A DNA stretch of 63,778 bases, counting the filler, from Reclinomonas americana ATCC 50394 (taxonomy: Eukaryota): assembly GCA_048213135.1 (NCBI GenBank). It is 10 parts of 10 records of this genome, joined end to end, with 100 filler letters (N's around TTAATTAATTAA, not from the genome) between each part and the next. Parts side by side here need not be neighbours in the genome. Positions count along the whole stretch, not along the records: positions 10,655 to 23,148 come from AFZH01019563.1; positions 23,249 to 26,053 come from AFZH01019564.1; 8 more parts are not named here. The stretch is one strand, 5' to 3'. The notes beneath the pieces are model-generated. The model ran no database searches. It was not told the DNA's origin and saw only the letters and a list, made by a program, of their open reading frames with translations. The stretch's first letter is position 1; every line of letters starts with the position of its first letter. Positions 12,799 through 25,200 of the stretch are shown here, piece after piece. A program made the translations under genes and the position numbers.

Positions 12799-14116
12799 TC
12801 AGCACACCAGATATCGAAACAACATCGCACTGGCATCCTCGGCAATGAAGCAGCGCAGCACAAGCGCGGGCAGTGGCTCACCCTCGGCAAACGCGGGGTC
12901 GTGCTCTTCGCACCACTGCTCCAACTCCACCAGCGCCGCCAGGGCATGCTGCGCAATCTGCACCTCGCGCTCCGCACACCATCGTGCACTCCACGCGCCT
13001 GTTGCACCACGTCAGCTCTTGTGCGGACACTCTTCCCAAACAACCCGAAAAGACACCAACCAGGCGCCCACACGCAAACGGCATAGTCCGCCGCACCCGC
13101 AGTGACCATGCGTTCATCGTGCAGGAAGGCGACGGCATTGGTGGCCGAGCCGGAGATTGTGGTGACGCAGAGACCAGAACTCAAACTGATCACTTCCACA
13201 GCAGTGCCTGTACCACACGCAGCATTCTTCAGTGGGAGGAGAATGAGATGCCACACGAGGCTCACCTGCGCGACTCGTGACGGCGAGCTGCAGTCCATTG
13301 TTGGTGAACGCCAGTCCATTCGTGCGCATCTTGCTCACCGAGAGCGTGCGAACAAGGACGAGGTCATCGGTCGTCAGCAGCGTCACCACGGCGGCATGGT
13401 GCGCACAGGCAAGCAGCGTCCCATCCGGAGAAAGTGCCATGGCGGTGATGGTGCTCTCCGTTGTGGCTGAGCCCACACGCGCGTAGTCGGCCAGGCGCCA
13501 CTGATTAAGAGTGCTGTGGCTTCCCGTCAGCACGCGTGATTCACCATCTCGCAACGCGTGTACCAGCACAGCCACGGCATTGACAGCACGCGCATCGAGC
13601 GCACCACGTTGTCGACCACTCTCCGCGTCCACCACCACAGTCTCACCACCGCCCGTTCCACAAATCACCACGGTGCCCGTCGGATCAAACGCGACTGATA
13701 GCGCGACGCGATCCGTGAGTGCATTCCACAGGCGCGTGTCACCGTCCGCGGCATGCAGCACATCCCACATGATCAGCATGCCTCCATGAACGCTGTGTGA
13801 TGTGCTCAGCGCACCGACCAGACGATGTGGACAGGTGGACGAGAAGGCCAGACTGTTGACACAACCGCGGCCTTTGAGAGTCAACATTGCAGAGGTGGTC
13901 TGCAGACATTCGCTGTCGTACACGCGCACACTGTGGTCCTCGAACCCGGCGGCCACGAACTGGTGGAGAGGAGAGAGCAGTGAGTGGGTTCGGAAAACGA
14001 CTAGGCGAGCGACTCACTTGTCGTTGAGTGCCTGGGATGACTGGTGACACAGCCACACACCACGGAATGTACAAGCTGGAGGGAGTGAGAGTGATGCACG
14101 TTGCCTCGTCACCCAT
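12799..14116 (-). CDS. WD40 repeat protein with SOCS-box-like C-terminal tail
   Basis: WD repeats (SVRVYD, VNSLAFS, LIMWD, ITAMALSPDG, AVCVWAP). Last exon reads REVQIAQHALAAL...EGEPLPALVLRCFIAEDASAMLFRYLVC*. Confidence 0.75.
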
Positions 14117-14328
14117 TCGATGATGAGGAAGAGGACACGGAAAAATTGACTAGCAAGGTTGTTTTCTGACCCCATGCGCAGTCGCTGAACCACACACTTA
14201 TTCACAAGTACTGCCACTTCTATGCCTTACACTCGAGATCAACGACCGACGCTCAACAGTTTATCACAATTTCATCTTACACGATCGTGCCACTCGAATC
14301 AACAACGGTGCGGTGTCGCAGACGTATC

Positions 14329-14870
14329 TCATTCGCAGCAACCCAAACGACGCCTGCGCCGCGAATTCCACAACGCACAAGTGCGCAGAGCGCGCTTCCT
14401 GTCAGCCACTCCATCATTCTGCAGCAAATTACGACACATTTGGAACTTGAAATCCGCCTCCCTCGCATACGCCATGCACGAATTCACCTCACGCAAGTGC
14501 GCTCCCCTCCACACCGTCCTGTGCATCACCGCATCCCTCAAATCCGCACCGCTCACTCGCACACCCGACAGATATCGTCCACTGAACGACACTTGTGCCA
14601 CACACAACACCGTTGCTGCATTCGCTGCTGCCGTCATTACTCGCTCCTCGTCCTCCTCCCGTGACAACTCAATCACCTCCCACAATCTCGCATGCAATGC
14701 AGGAGACCGTTGCTCCAGCCATCTGCTCCACCAACGGTGGTCGATCATTCAGCAATCGCACTGCCAGCACACGCTGCTGCACATCTTGCATCGTCATCCT
14801 CCTCTCCTCATGCCACGTCTCCCACGCAAACACATGTCGTGCCAGTCGCCCGAGCAGCTGTACGAATGCA
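14329..14870 (-). pseudogene. Frameshifted relic of the post-NACHT/pentapeptide region of a NACHT-WD40-type protein
   Basis: RLLNDRPPLVEQMA and EQRSPALHARLWEVIELSR...AAANAATVLCVAQVSFSGRYLSGVRVSGADLRDA are in frames one base apart near 14717. No NTPase core upstream. Confidence 0.6.
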
Positions 14871-14912
14871 CACATCAGTGGCACTAGCCAACTTAAGAAG
14901 CAAAGCTGCATG

Positions 14913-15507
14913 TCACAGACCAGAATCAGGGTGAACAAGGGTGAACTCTTGCCGGATGGTGAGTGTGTGTCCACCATCAACAGCATCGGGGATCAAGTCA
15001 ATTGTGACTCGGTTCTTGTCGTAGAGGTAGCCCACCCACGTGCCATGGGCAACCGGCTCAGGCTTCAACTTGCCTCTGGACGATTCACACTCATAGATCT
15101 TGTACGAGGACATCGTGCCGGCCGCGGGGATGGTGGAAGCCAGATCGTCACTTCGCTTCAGGTTGTACAGCACCGCGCAGCCATGCAACACAAGCCGATC
15201 CTCGCCTCTCTTGAAGGCCCCACTGAAGTACAGCTTGTCATTGTTGATGTCAGGGACGATGGCCATGCGACACGCCGTGAACTGATCATGACAAGGACGG
15301 TAAATCAAATGTTGACGATCATCACACACGCCATTGTGTTGTCACCTCACACGTCTCAGAGGGTGGACTGTCTGCCAACAAGCGACAATGGACACAGCGG
15401 GCACCGCGGGCAGTGCCGATCATTTCGCACACGGTGGAGGCGCCGTGTGCGATGTCGTCATAAACGACCCGCTGAGAAATCGGCCACACCTCTTCCGCAG
15501 AAGCCAT
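14913..15507 (-). CDS. Hypothetical protein
   Basis: Complex-composition ORF (DDRQHLIYRPCHDQF...HPDSGL*) with a likely upstream exon MASAEEVWP. No recognised domain. Confidence 0.4.
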
Positions 15508-15644
15508 GCTGATACAACACTCAAGGAATAATAGCAGCCGCGCAACACTCGACAGATTGTGAGTGATGACTGTAAATGTAGTCGGAGGACTCGGGGACAC
15601 CCTAGGCCTTTTTTTGACCGCTGCGGTGGAGAGCGGGGGATTCT

Positions 15645-15940
15645 TCGCATGCACAGCTTGTAAGCCACTCAGGCATCTCAAGTTGGACGTGCATGTCGTA
15701 CGCCTGGCTGTGTACTGATGCAGCTGGAGAATGCGCAGCGATTGCAACTTCGATATCGCAATCGATATCAATCGCAGCGTGATCGCTCACGCGTGCAGCA
15801 GCATCGCGTGCACAGCTTGCATGTACAACCACTCAGTCATCTCAAGGAGGTCGTGCAGGCCGTACGCCAAGCTGTACGCCTGATGCAGTCGGAGAACAAG
15901 CTGCAAGATATCGACATCGCGACGTTGGTTGCGATCGTTT
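15645..15940 (+). repeat. Diverged tandem duplication, unit about 160 bp
   Basis: GCACAGCTTG..CCACTCAG.CATCTCAAG..G.CGTGCA..CGTACGCC..GCTGT...CTGATGCAG..GGAGAA at about 15651 and 15810. Confidence 0.7.
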
Positions 15941-16064
15941 TCTGTCGCGACTACGGGATGGCCGGCCATAGATCAACTGCAGCAGCATCGCAGCCTGATA
16001 TGCACATTAAGCCACCCTTCCCTCTTCACACCTCGCCCTCGCGTCCTGCCCATCTCACCTCACA

Positions 16065-18070
16065 ATGTTCCGATTCAACTTTGGAGGCGACACCACTGCC
16101 GACGAGGAAGGCGACGCACCTGCTCCTGCTCCTCCTCCTCCCTCTTCTGTGCCTCGTCTTCCCGGCACACGAGTGTATCCTCCATCGCGTCTCTTTGCTG
16201 GAGGGCCGTTGCTGGCATTCGAGTGTGGACTGCATCATGTGGTCGCCTCTGAGTCGGTTGATGCACCGCAGGGGGCTGCTGAGGCGGATGTGGCGCCTGG
16301 GCAGTACGAGGGCGGCTTGAAAGTGTGGGAATGCACGCGGGATTTGGTGCATTATTTGCATGAGAGGCGGGGGGAGGTGGTGGAGGGGGTGCAGGCGGGG
16401 ATTGGGTTGGATGTTGCGTCGACATGGGGAAGGGCAGGGCAGGAGAAGGATAGCTGAGAGAGAAGGATGGGGAGGCAACGGGGGAGGAGAAGAAGAAGAT
16501 GAGAGACAGACAGAGAGAGGGAGAAGAAGAGGAAGGACGAGAGCGAGAGAAAGAGTGAGGGAAGAAGGACGAGGCAGAAAGAGAGGGAGTGAACGAGGAG
16601 AAGTGAAAGGAAGAGCTTGATTGCTGAAGATGACTGAGAACAAGAACACGAAGAATGAGAGACGAGAGACGAGAGAGAGAGAGAGAGAGAGAGAAGCCAG
16701 TGAAGAAGCATAGCAGCATAGAGACACAACAGCGGCAGGCGAGCACGAGAAGGAGGAGAAAGGGATGGACTGCCACTCTTCCTTCGTTTTCTTGATCTCC
16801 CCCTTCGTCTCCACTTCGTCTCCCCCTTCGTTTCCTACTTCGTCTCCCCCTTCGTCTCCTCCCACTTCGTCTCCTCCCACTTCGTCTCCTCCCACTTCGT
16901 CTCCTCCCACTTCGTCTCCTCCCACTTCGTCTCCCCCTTCGTTTCCCCCACTTCGTCTTACACTTCGTCTCGCACTTCGTCTCGCACTTCGTCTCCCTCT
17001 TCGTCTCGCACTTCGTCTCGCACTTCGTCTCCCTCTTCGTCTCCTCCCACTTCGTCTCAGCTCACTTCGTCTCCCCCCACTTCCGTCTCCCCCCGGTTCC
17101 GTCTCCCCCCCCCCCCACTTCGTCTCCCACTTCGCCTCCCACTTCGTCTGCCACTTGGTCTCCCATTTTGTCTGTTTCTTCTCGTCCACCTCGGTTCGCT
17201 TTGCTTCCTTTCTCTCTCTGTCAGCTCTCTCTTTCCAGTTTTCTTTCACTTTTCCGCTTTTCTCTCCCTCTAATGTCCCTCGCTCGCCTCTTTTCCTCCT
17301 CTCCCCTTCCCCTTCTCTCTCACCTCACCGCCTGCTAATCTGCTTCCTTCCCGCAGCTCGGATGCGGTCACGGACTCGCCGGGATCATGGCCCTCCGCGA
17401 TGGATGGGTATCGCGCATGGATTTTGCCGATTATGCTTCGTCTCCCCCCCGTCCTCTCCTTTACGTGCATTCACTCGCTCACTCGCGACGGTGCAGAACT
17501 CGGAGGTGCTGGAGAACGTGACGGCGCGCAACGTGGTGCTCAACTGCGGTGCCAATGCGATGCGACGGTGTCGCTTCTTCGCCGGCGATTGGGAGTTCTT
17601 TTCGGTCAGAATCATCGCTTCTCTATACTGCTCTACTCCTCTCACTCATCTCGCACATCACCGACAGGATGTGGTGAATCAGCGCTACGAGGGCGACGAT
17701 GAGGAGGAGGGAGTGCTGTCGCCGGTGCTGTACGATCTGATCGTGTCGGGCGACACGTGCTACAATGTCGAGTCGATTCCACGCCTGGTGCAGGTGCTGT
17801 GCAATCATCTGCGACCAGGCACCGGTCGCGCCATTGTGGCCTCCAAGATCTACTATTTTGGCGTGGGTGGCGGCACGCAAGGTTTTCCTGCCTTCCCCGT
17901 CGTCGTCCTTCGAGAACATGACACTCACCCCCTCCCTCCATCCAACAGAATTCCGTGAGGCCGTCGCCGCCAGTCAAGTATTAACCGTGGCCGATTCGTA
18001 CCGCGTCGAAGACGGCCTCTCCAACATTCGCGAGGTGCTGGTCGTGGCCACCACCGCCACCGCAACGTAG
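16065..18070 (+). CDS. METTL18: Histidine protein methyltransferase (METTL18/Hpm1)
   Basis: MFRFNF, YEGGLKVWECTRDL, LD|LGCGHGL, DFADY|NSEVL, RFFAGDW, YDLIVSGDTCY, ASKIYYFGVGGG, SNIREVL. Confidence 0.92.
16780..17160 (+). repeat. Intronic minisatellite (CCCACTTCGTCTCCT-type 12-15 nt units)
   Basis: Many CTTCGTCT cores in tandem within METTL18 intron 1. Confidence 0.85.
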
Positions 18071-18091
18071 ACAAGAATAATAATAGATCGC

Positions 18092-20762
18092 TTACACCAG
18101 TTTGTCAAACACCTCGGCCGCACTAATGCCGGTGGCATTCTGCCGCTCCAGCATAATGGTCTCCAGTCGCTCCATGTCGGTGGTAGCGAGTTCGTTGAAT
18201 CGGGCGTCGATAATGACCAGTCGTGGATTGGCCACCACTGAATCCAGGAGCACGCTGCCGGCTGCGGGGAGAAAAAAAGTCATTTTCAAGGGAGGTGTGA
18301 TGAATGGCAGGCAGGTGTCGCACGCAACTCCTGGCATCAATGGCGTTGCAGGAGACGTCGAGCGCGGTCAGCGAGTGGTTCGAGCGCAGCACCTCGGCCA
18401 GCACCAGGGTTGTCTCCACGCCCAGGCCGGTGCCCTCGAGACTCAGCGTCTGCAGCTTGTGGTTGCTCTGCAATGGAGGTAGAGAGTAAGAAAAGGATAA
18501 GAAAAAGGAGAAGGGGGGGGGGGGGTAAGAACGAGGGGGAAGGAACAGGGGGAAGGAAAGGGGGAAGGAAAAGGGGGAAGGAATAGGGGGAAGGGAACAG
18601 AGGGAAGGAACAGGGGAGAAGGAACAGGGGGAAGGAACACGGGGGAAGGAGCAAGGGGAAGAGAGGAGTGGGGAAGGAGAACGGAAGACCGAGGGGAAAG
18701 GAACAGAGAGGAAGGGGGAAAGGGGGAAGGAACAGGGGGAAGGAACAGCTGGAAAGAAGAACTCTTTCCCCCACCCTGTCCATAGCCTGTCCCTCTCTGT
18801 TCCCCCCATATTTTTCCCCTTGAACTCCTGTCTCCCATGTCCATTCGTCCCTTTCCTGTCTCTCTCCTTGGAAAAAAGTAAAACACGATGGCGCCGACAG
18901 AATCCTTCTGTTCGCCTCCACCCCCATCCCCTTTCTATCACCCACCTTCAACCCATTGACCACATGCAGTGCACCCTCCTCATGCAGCCGGTTGAGACGC
19001 AGCGAGAGACTCTCCAACGTGCTATTCTCCGCAATGGCACGACCCAAATGCTTGCTGCCAGATTTCCCAAAGGCGTTGTCGAACAGATTGAGATGTCTCA
19101 GGTGGCACTTGGCCGGCTGTCGCAACAGCGACGACAGTGCCTTGGCGCCGTCGTCTCCAATCTTATTGTGCGACAAGTCTACCAAGAGGTGTCAGCATGC
19201 GCACAAACTCCCCTTTGCTCATCTCCTACTTCTCCCCCACACTCACCCAACAACGTCACGCTGCTGTTCTTCACCAGGCCCGACAGGATGGCGCGCAGCT
19301 TCAAATCGTCAATCATGTTCTCGCACAGCTTGAGCTCGCGCAGCGTGTTGTTGGAGGAGAGCACGGCGGCGAGATGCAGACAGTCCTGATTGTTGAGGCC
19401 AATGCCGCTCAACGAAAAGTCGGTGCCATACGACTGCGCGCCGTAGGTGACAGAGACGCGCTCCAGTCGCGGCAGGCAGTGGAAGACGAGTCGAATGTCG
19501 AGGTGTGACTTGAGCTGGCGGCACGTGAGGTTGGTCACAATGCCGGCGGCCAGTTCACAGTTTGCCCGGAAGCGATCCACGAAATCCGTCGCCACTTCGC
19601 CGCTCTGCTCCAAAAAGTCCTGCAGGTGCTTCTCCAGGTACAGCTGGCGGGGGGGCGAAGAATGAGATGGGGACAGAGGGGAAAGGGGGTGGAATGGAGA
19701 GGGATGCACACCTTCTTCCAGTGGGTGGTCGGCGGCAACTGTCCCGACGGCCATCGACTCTCACAGCACCGCTTCCAGTACCGCTCGTCGGAGATGCGTA
19801 CGACTGTCAGCACCAGTGGCAAGTCCTGCTCAACACAGGAGGGTAAGAGGGAGGGCGTCCGACAGGAAAATTGTGATGCTGCGCAACTGTGGACAAGTGC
19901 TCCGTGACCATCGCCGCACACTCCTCCGGCAAGTCGGCCAGCGTCGGCTGCTGTAGGAAGCTGGCGGCAATACTCTTGGCGCACAGCAGCAGCAGCGGCG
20001 GCACAAAGTACGACGCGGTGCCGTTTCGTCGGTATGCGTTGGGCGCCAGTGCACGCTGCAGCTCTTGCTCTTGCTGCGAGGGATGAGGGGGGTGAGGGGG
20101 GTGCAAAACAAAGGGGAGATGGAGGGAGATAAAGAATGCACCTTTACAAACTGGTACATGAGCTTGACCTCGGATTGTGAGAGCTTGGCAGCCAGTGCCG
20201 CCTGCTGCTCGTTGAATCTCCTCGACTGTGGGGGTGTGCGGAGAAAGTGAGCAGCGGCAAGGATGCGAAAAAGGAAAGCGACGGCTGTTCCACTCAACGT
20301 CACTGCGCAGCTCGCTGTGCTTCTTTCGCACATCGCGGAGAGGGTTGGAGATCTCGTGTGGTTCCTCGACGAACCAGTCCTCGGCGTTGCCGGCGGGGCC
20401 ACCGACGCCGGCGCTGCTGAGGCGGCCGCGGGTTTCTGGGAAGGGGGGTGAGGCGAAGGAGGAGAAGGAGGGAGAGGGGCACGGCAAAGGAAGGGAGAGA
20501 CACTCTCCACTGTGCTGAAGGCGACAGACACCGTGCAACACTCCGTCACCACAAATGTGATGGTCTCAGATCATGCAACGACACAAGGGCACACAAGGAG
20601 CGCTTGCCACTGGTCTGCTGCTCGATTCCATAGATCTCTCCAGACAAACGTAGAACGTGGCACATTTCCTTGACCGTGGACCAAACACTCACCAGGCAAC
20701 AATGGCTCCGGCACCGGCGGCAACGGCGAGCCCGCCTCCGGCAACACTGCATCCTCACTCAT
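18092..20762 (-). CDS. TCTE1: Dynein regulatory complex subunit 5 (TCTE1), LRR protein
   Basis: VPPLLLLC, DLPL..ISDERYWKRCCESRW, WKKLYLEKHLQ, LTCRQLKSHLD, then LRRs (DLSHNKIGDDGAKAL, LSLRLNRL, LDVSCNAI). 5' exons approximate. Confidence 0.85.
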
Positions 20763-21551
20763 CTATTCGACAAAGAGAAGAAAGATGAGTGAGAATGGAG
20801 AACCGCACAATTGAAGGAATGAGAACAGTCACGCCAGACAGCGATAACCAAGACTCGCCAAGAGAAAAATGCACGAAAACAACAACAGCGTGACCACACA
20901 ATCACCAAACAACAATGGATGCAGACACACAAACGTACTCTCACAGACAAACAACAAGGGATGCAGCACAGAGAGGAATGATCACACAAACTCACTCACT
21001 CGCACAGTCACACCGTCTCACAAATTAACAAGGGGTGCAGATCAGCACACACACTCTCTTTCTCTCTCACTCAAGTAACAGTGTGTGTACGCGAGTGAGT
21101 GAGGACGAGAGAGAGGGAGAGTGAGTGAGCGAGTGAGTGTGCGAGTGAGTGTGTGAGTGGGAGAGAGAAATAGAGAGTGAGTGAGTGAGAGAGTGAGTGA
21201 GTGAGTGAGTGAGTGAGAGAGAGAGGGAGGGAGGGAGTGAGTGAGTGTGTGTGAGTGAGGGAGGGAGTGTGTGCGAGAGAGAGAGAGAGAGTGAAGGAGT
21301 GAGAAAGAGAGAGAGAGAGTGAATGAGTGTGCGGGAGTGAGAGAGAGAGAATGAATGAATGAGTGCGTGATCATTCCTTTCTTATCTGCATCCCTTGATG
21401 CACTCTCTCTCACACACACACACACTCTCTCTCTCACACAACCCTCACCTTTGCCCAATCACAAAAATCGAAAAAATAACGGCCGCACAATGGACAAAAA
21501 CACAACCACACGTCACCGCACCAACACACACACACACACACACACACACCG

Positions 21552-22195
21552 ATGGGCACCAGCGGCAGCAAAGACTCCAGCGGCGCCACCAGCGGCCTCC
21601 GCACACCATCCACCACAGTCGCCTCCGCGCGCAAAGTCATCGCCGCAGCCACAACACAACCACCACCACGCGTAACGGAAAATGATGATAATCAACCGTC
21701 ATCGCCGCCATCGCCGCCAGAGCAGCAGCAAGGCGATCGCGTAGTGAGCATGTCAGCGACGGCGACAACGGCTGGAGATCGCGTCATGTCGCTCAGTGCA
21801 CGCGGGGCAGCGGCCAGTGGGCATCATCATCTGTCCAGTCAGCAGCAGCAGCAGGCGCAGCAGATGATGATGAGTGGGAGATCGCCACGCACGGCGCCGT
21901 CTGCGTCGTCGTCGGGGATGTCGGGAGTGTCGGCGGCGGTGGGAGTTGTGGGAGGTGCTGCTGGCACGCAAGTTGAGTGTGTGGTGTGTGTGTGATGGAG
22001 TGTGTGCGTGCGTGTGTTGTGTGCAAGCGAGCGAGTGAGTGGCTGATGGTGTTCGCTATTGGTTGTCTTTGTCGCACACTTTTCTTCTCACTTTTCTTCT
22101 CACTCACTCACTCACTCACTCACTCACTTGTTACTGTGTGCGCTCATCAAGAGTGTGTTGTTCGCTTTTGGTTGTCTCTTCACTCTCTCCTCTCA

Positions 22196-22228
<33 letters not shown>

Positions 22229-25200
22229 TCACTCACGCACTCTCTTGTCGCTGTTCGCACATTCACTCTCTTCTCTCACTCTCTTCTCTCTCTCTCTCTT
22301 ATTCTCTCTCTCTCGTGCACACTCTCTTCCGCACACTCCCGTTCGCCTCACACATTGCGCGTTCTTCATTGTGTTAGTCATCGGATTTGTTCTCTCACGC
22401 ACACGCACGCTCTCTCTCTCTCTCTTTGCCTTGCCGCTCGCATCTCCCACTCTGCCGCTCACTCTTTTTCTTCACGGTTGACATCAATATCGCATGTGAT
22501 GATGTTCGTTTGCGACTGCTGCACTCGCATCTCTCTCTGTGCCTCCGTCTCTCATTCTCCGTTGACCTGCGCTCCCTCTCTTGCTCATGCGCATCCATTC
22601 TTCACCATTTTCGTCTCGTCATCAAAATGTATCGTCATTTCCGTCGGGTGGCTTTGCGTTGCGGCTGCGTTCTGTCTCTCTCCTCGTCGCTCGTCTCTTC
22701 CTTTTCGTGCATTCTCTTGGATGGCACTCGCTGCGAATCTTGCCGCGCGAGTTACCATGCATGACCGGCTTTTCGGACTTTTGCACGCTCTTGCCCTGCG
22801 TTCTCTCTGTCTCTTCTCCTTCCCTCCCCTTGCATCTCTCATCGCTTTCTCGCAGTTCTTCTCTGCGTTCCCCTCGTCTCATCAACTCTATCGATTTCGT
22901 GTTCGATTGCCGATCGGTCACTCTCTCCTTATCTCTTTCCTTCCTTTCTCACTCGCGCTCTCGCTTGCCATCCTATTCTCTCTCTGCCTCACTCACACAC
23001 ACGCTCTCGCTACTCGTCTCGTCATTGTCTCACTCGCCGCGTTCTTCTGCATCTCCCACCCTCTCTCACACAATTGTCACTCCTCACCCGCTTTCTCTCT
23101 CCCTCTCCTTCTCTCTCCTTCCCTACCCTCCCGCCCTTCCCCCTTCCGNNNNNNNNNNNNNNNNNNNNNNNNNNNNNNNNNNNNNNNNNNNNTTAATTAA
23201 TTAANNNNNNNNNNNNNNNNNNNNNNNNNNNNNNNNNNNNNNNNNNNNCCCCTCCCCCCTTCCCTCCCTCCCTCTCTCTTATCTCCTTCTCATCCCTTCC
23301 GCCTCCCCCAGATCCGACGCGGCCCCCCTGTGACAAGCTTCCCCGGCTCATCACCACCACACCACCACCACCAGACCCCCTCAGCCAATGGCTCAATGTC
23401 GCCCACGGACCTGGACGACGGGATGATTGAGCGATTCGGGGCCACACCGGCATCGCGCGTGCAGCAGACCGAGACGCGGAGAGTGACGGAGCGCGTCACG
23501 CAGCTGACGAGTGGGTCGGCGGCCGGAGCCAGTCACCATCACTCGCAAGAGTCAGCCGTGTCGGCCAGCTCGGTGGTCTCGCGAGTGTCATCAAAGAGTT
23601 GCGTCGCTGACAAGAGAGAGGTGCACGAAAACCTCAAGCCCTCATTTTGGCCGCTGCAGGTGGAGCATCGGTGGGAGTGGGTGCGGGCGGCGGTGCGACA
23701 CACGATTCGGTGGACGCAATACGGCAGGAGATGAATGGCGGTCGGGACGGCTCGTTGAAGCTGGAGGTGGTGGCGAAAGTGAGACCAATCGACGATTTCG
23801 AGATTGAGGAGGGTGCAAGAAAGTTGCGTCTCCCGCTCCGTGACTCGATCGTTGCGCGAGTCTGACTGTGCGTGGGCGAAGGATTCTGGCGGCGTATGGC
23901 AACAAGGTCAGGTTGCGCGGCCCCGATGACGTGCTGCGGAACTTTGAATACGATGGCGTGTACGACAAGTTGCGGAGGCGAACGCGAAGACGCAGGACAA
24001 TTATTCTTGTGTTCTCATCATGTTCTTGTTTCACACAGCGTGTCGGAGAGTGAATTCTACGAGGCGGCCGTGAGGCCCACAATAGCGGACTTTTTGAAGG
24101 GCATCAATGTCTGTGTTGTGTCTTTTGGGCAGACCGGAAGCGGCAAGTCGTACACGCTACGCGGCAGCTCGACGTCCACTGGTGTGATTTCGCAGTCGCT
24201 GAGGAGTATCTTTGATCATTTGACGACACTGCGAGATGTGAGTGTGGGCGATGGTGTAGAGTGGAGATTTGAGGTGTTCCCCTCCGCTTCCCCCGTTCGC
24301 TTCCTTCTTTCGCATTCGTGCATCCTTTTGCTTGCGTGCTCTCGCTCGTGCGCTTTCGCTTCCACTCCTCCTTTTCTGTGCTCGCCCTTCGCTTCCCCCC
24401 TTGCTTCCTCCTTAGCTTCCTCTTTGCTCCCCTTCGTTTCTCTTTGCTCCCCTTCGTTTCTCTTTGCTCCCCTTCGTTTCTCTTTGCTCCCCTCTTCTCC
24501 TCCCACTTCTCTCCCACCATTCTCTCCCACCATTCTCTCCCCCATTAATATTCTCTTCCCCTTTCTCTTCCCCTTTGCTTCCCCCCTTTGCTTCCCCCCT
24601 TTGCTTCCCCCCTTTGCTTCCCCCTTTCACTTCCCCCTTCGTCTTCCCCCTTCGTCTTCCCCCTTCCCTTTTCCTCACTCTTCGCCACCTTTGCAGCCAC
24701 CACACGTCGTCGTCTCGTGCGTGGAGTTGCACAAGGAGGAGGTTCACGACTTGTTGAGCGACGAGGACATTACCCCACCATTATCGATCATCGAATCACG
24801 GACAACCTCCGACATTGTCATTGAGGTACGTTTCTCCCTCTCTCCAATTGTCAAGCCTCTCTTGTGCCCAACCCTTTCCTCCTGCAGGGCGCGGTGGAAT
24901 TGCAAATCGGCTCAGTCGAGGACGGCGTGAGGCTACTACACCAGGCCACGCACAAGCAGAGAGCACACGCATCGCACTTTATCTACCGAGTCACGCTCGT
25001 TCACAACCGGGGTGGCAGTTGCGCGCGCTGTGCTCGCCGTGGCCCTCTCGCCGCCTTTTCCTCACCCTTCTTTTGTCCCCGCAGAGTGGGCCTGCTACTT
25101 CTTCGACCTGATGGGCCACCAAAAGGCGCGGCAATCGGGTGCCGGACTCAACGAGGGCATGGCGATCAATCACTCACTGTCGGCTGTTATGTCGGTGGTG

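Noticed and set aside
16780..17160. CRISPR-like periodicity
   Set aside because: Short tandem units without unique spacers, no cas genes, eukaryotic intron.
16765..17958. Long ORFs such as 16765-17958, 21977-23200 and 4645-5277
   Set aside because: They read through low-complexity intronic repeats lacking stops; not credible proteins.
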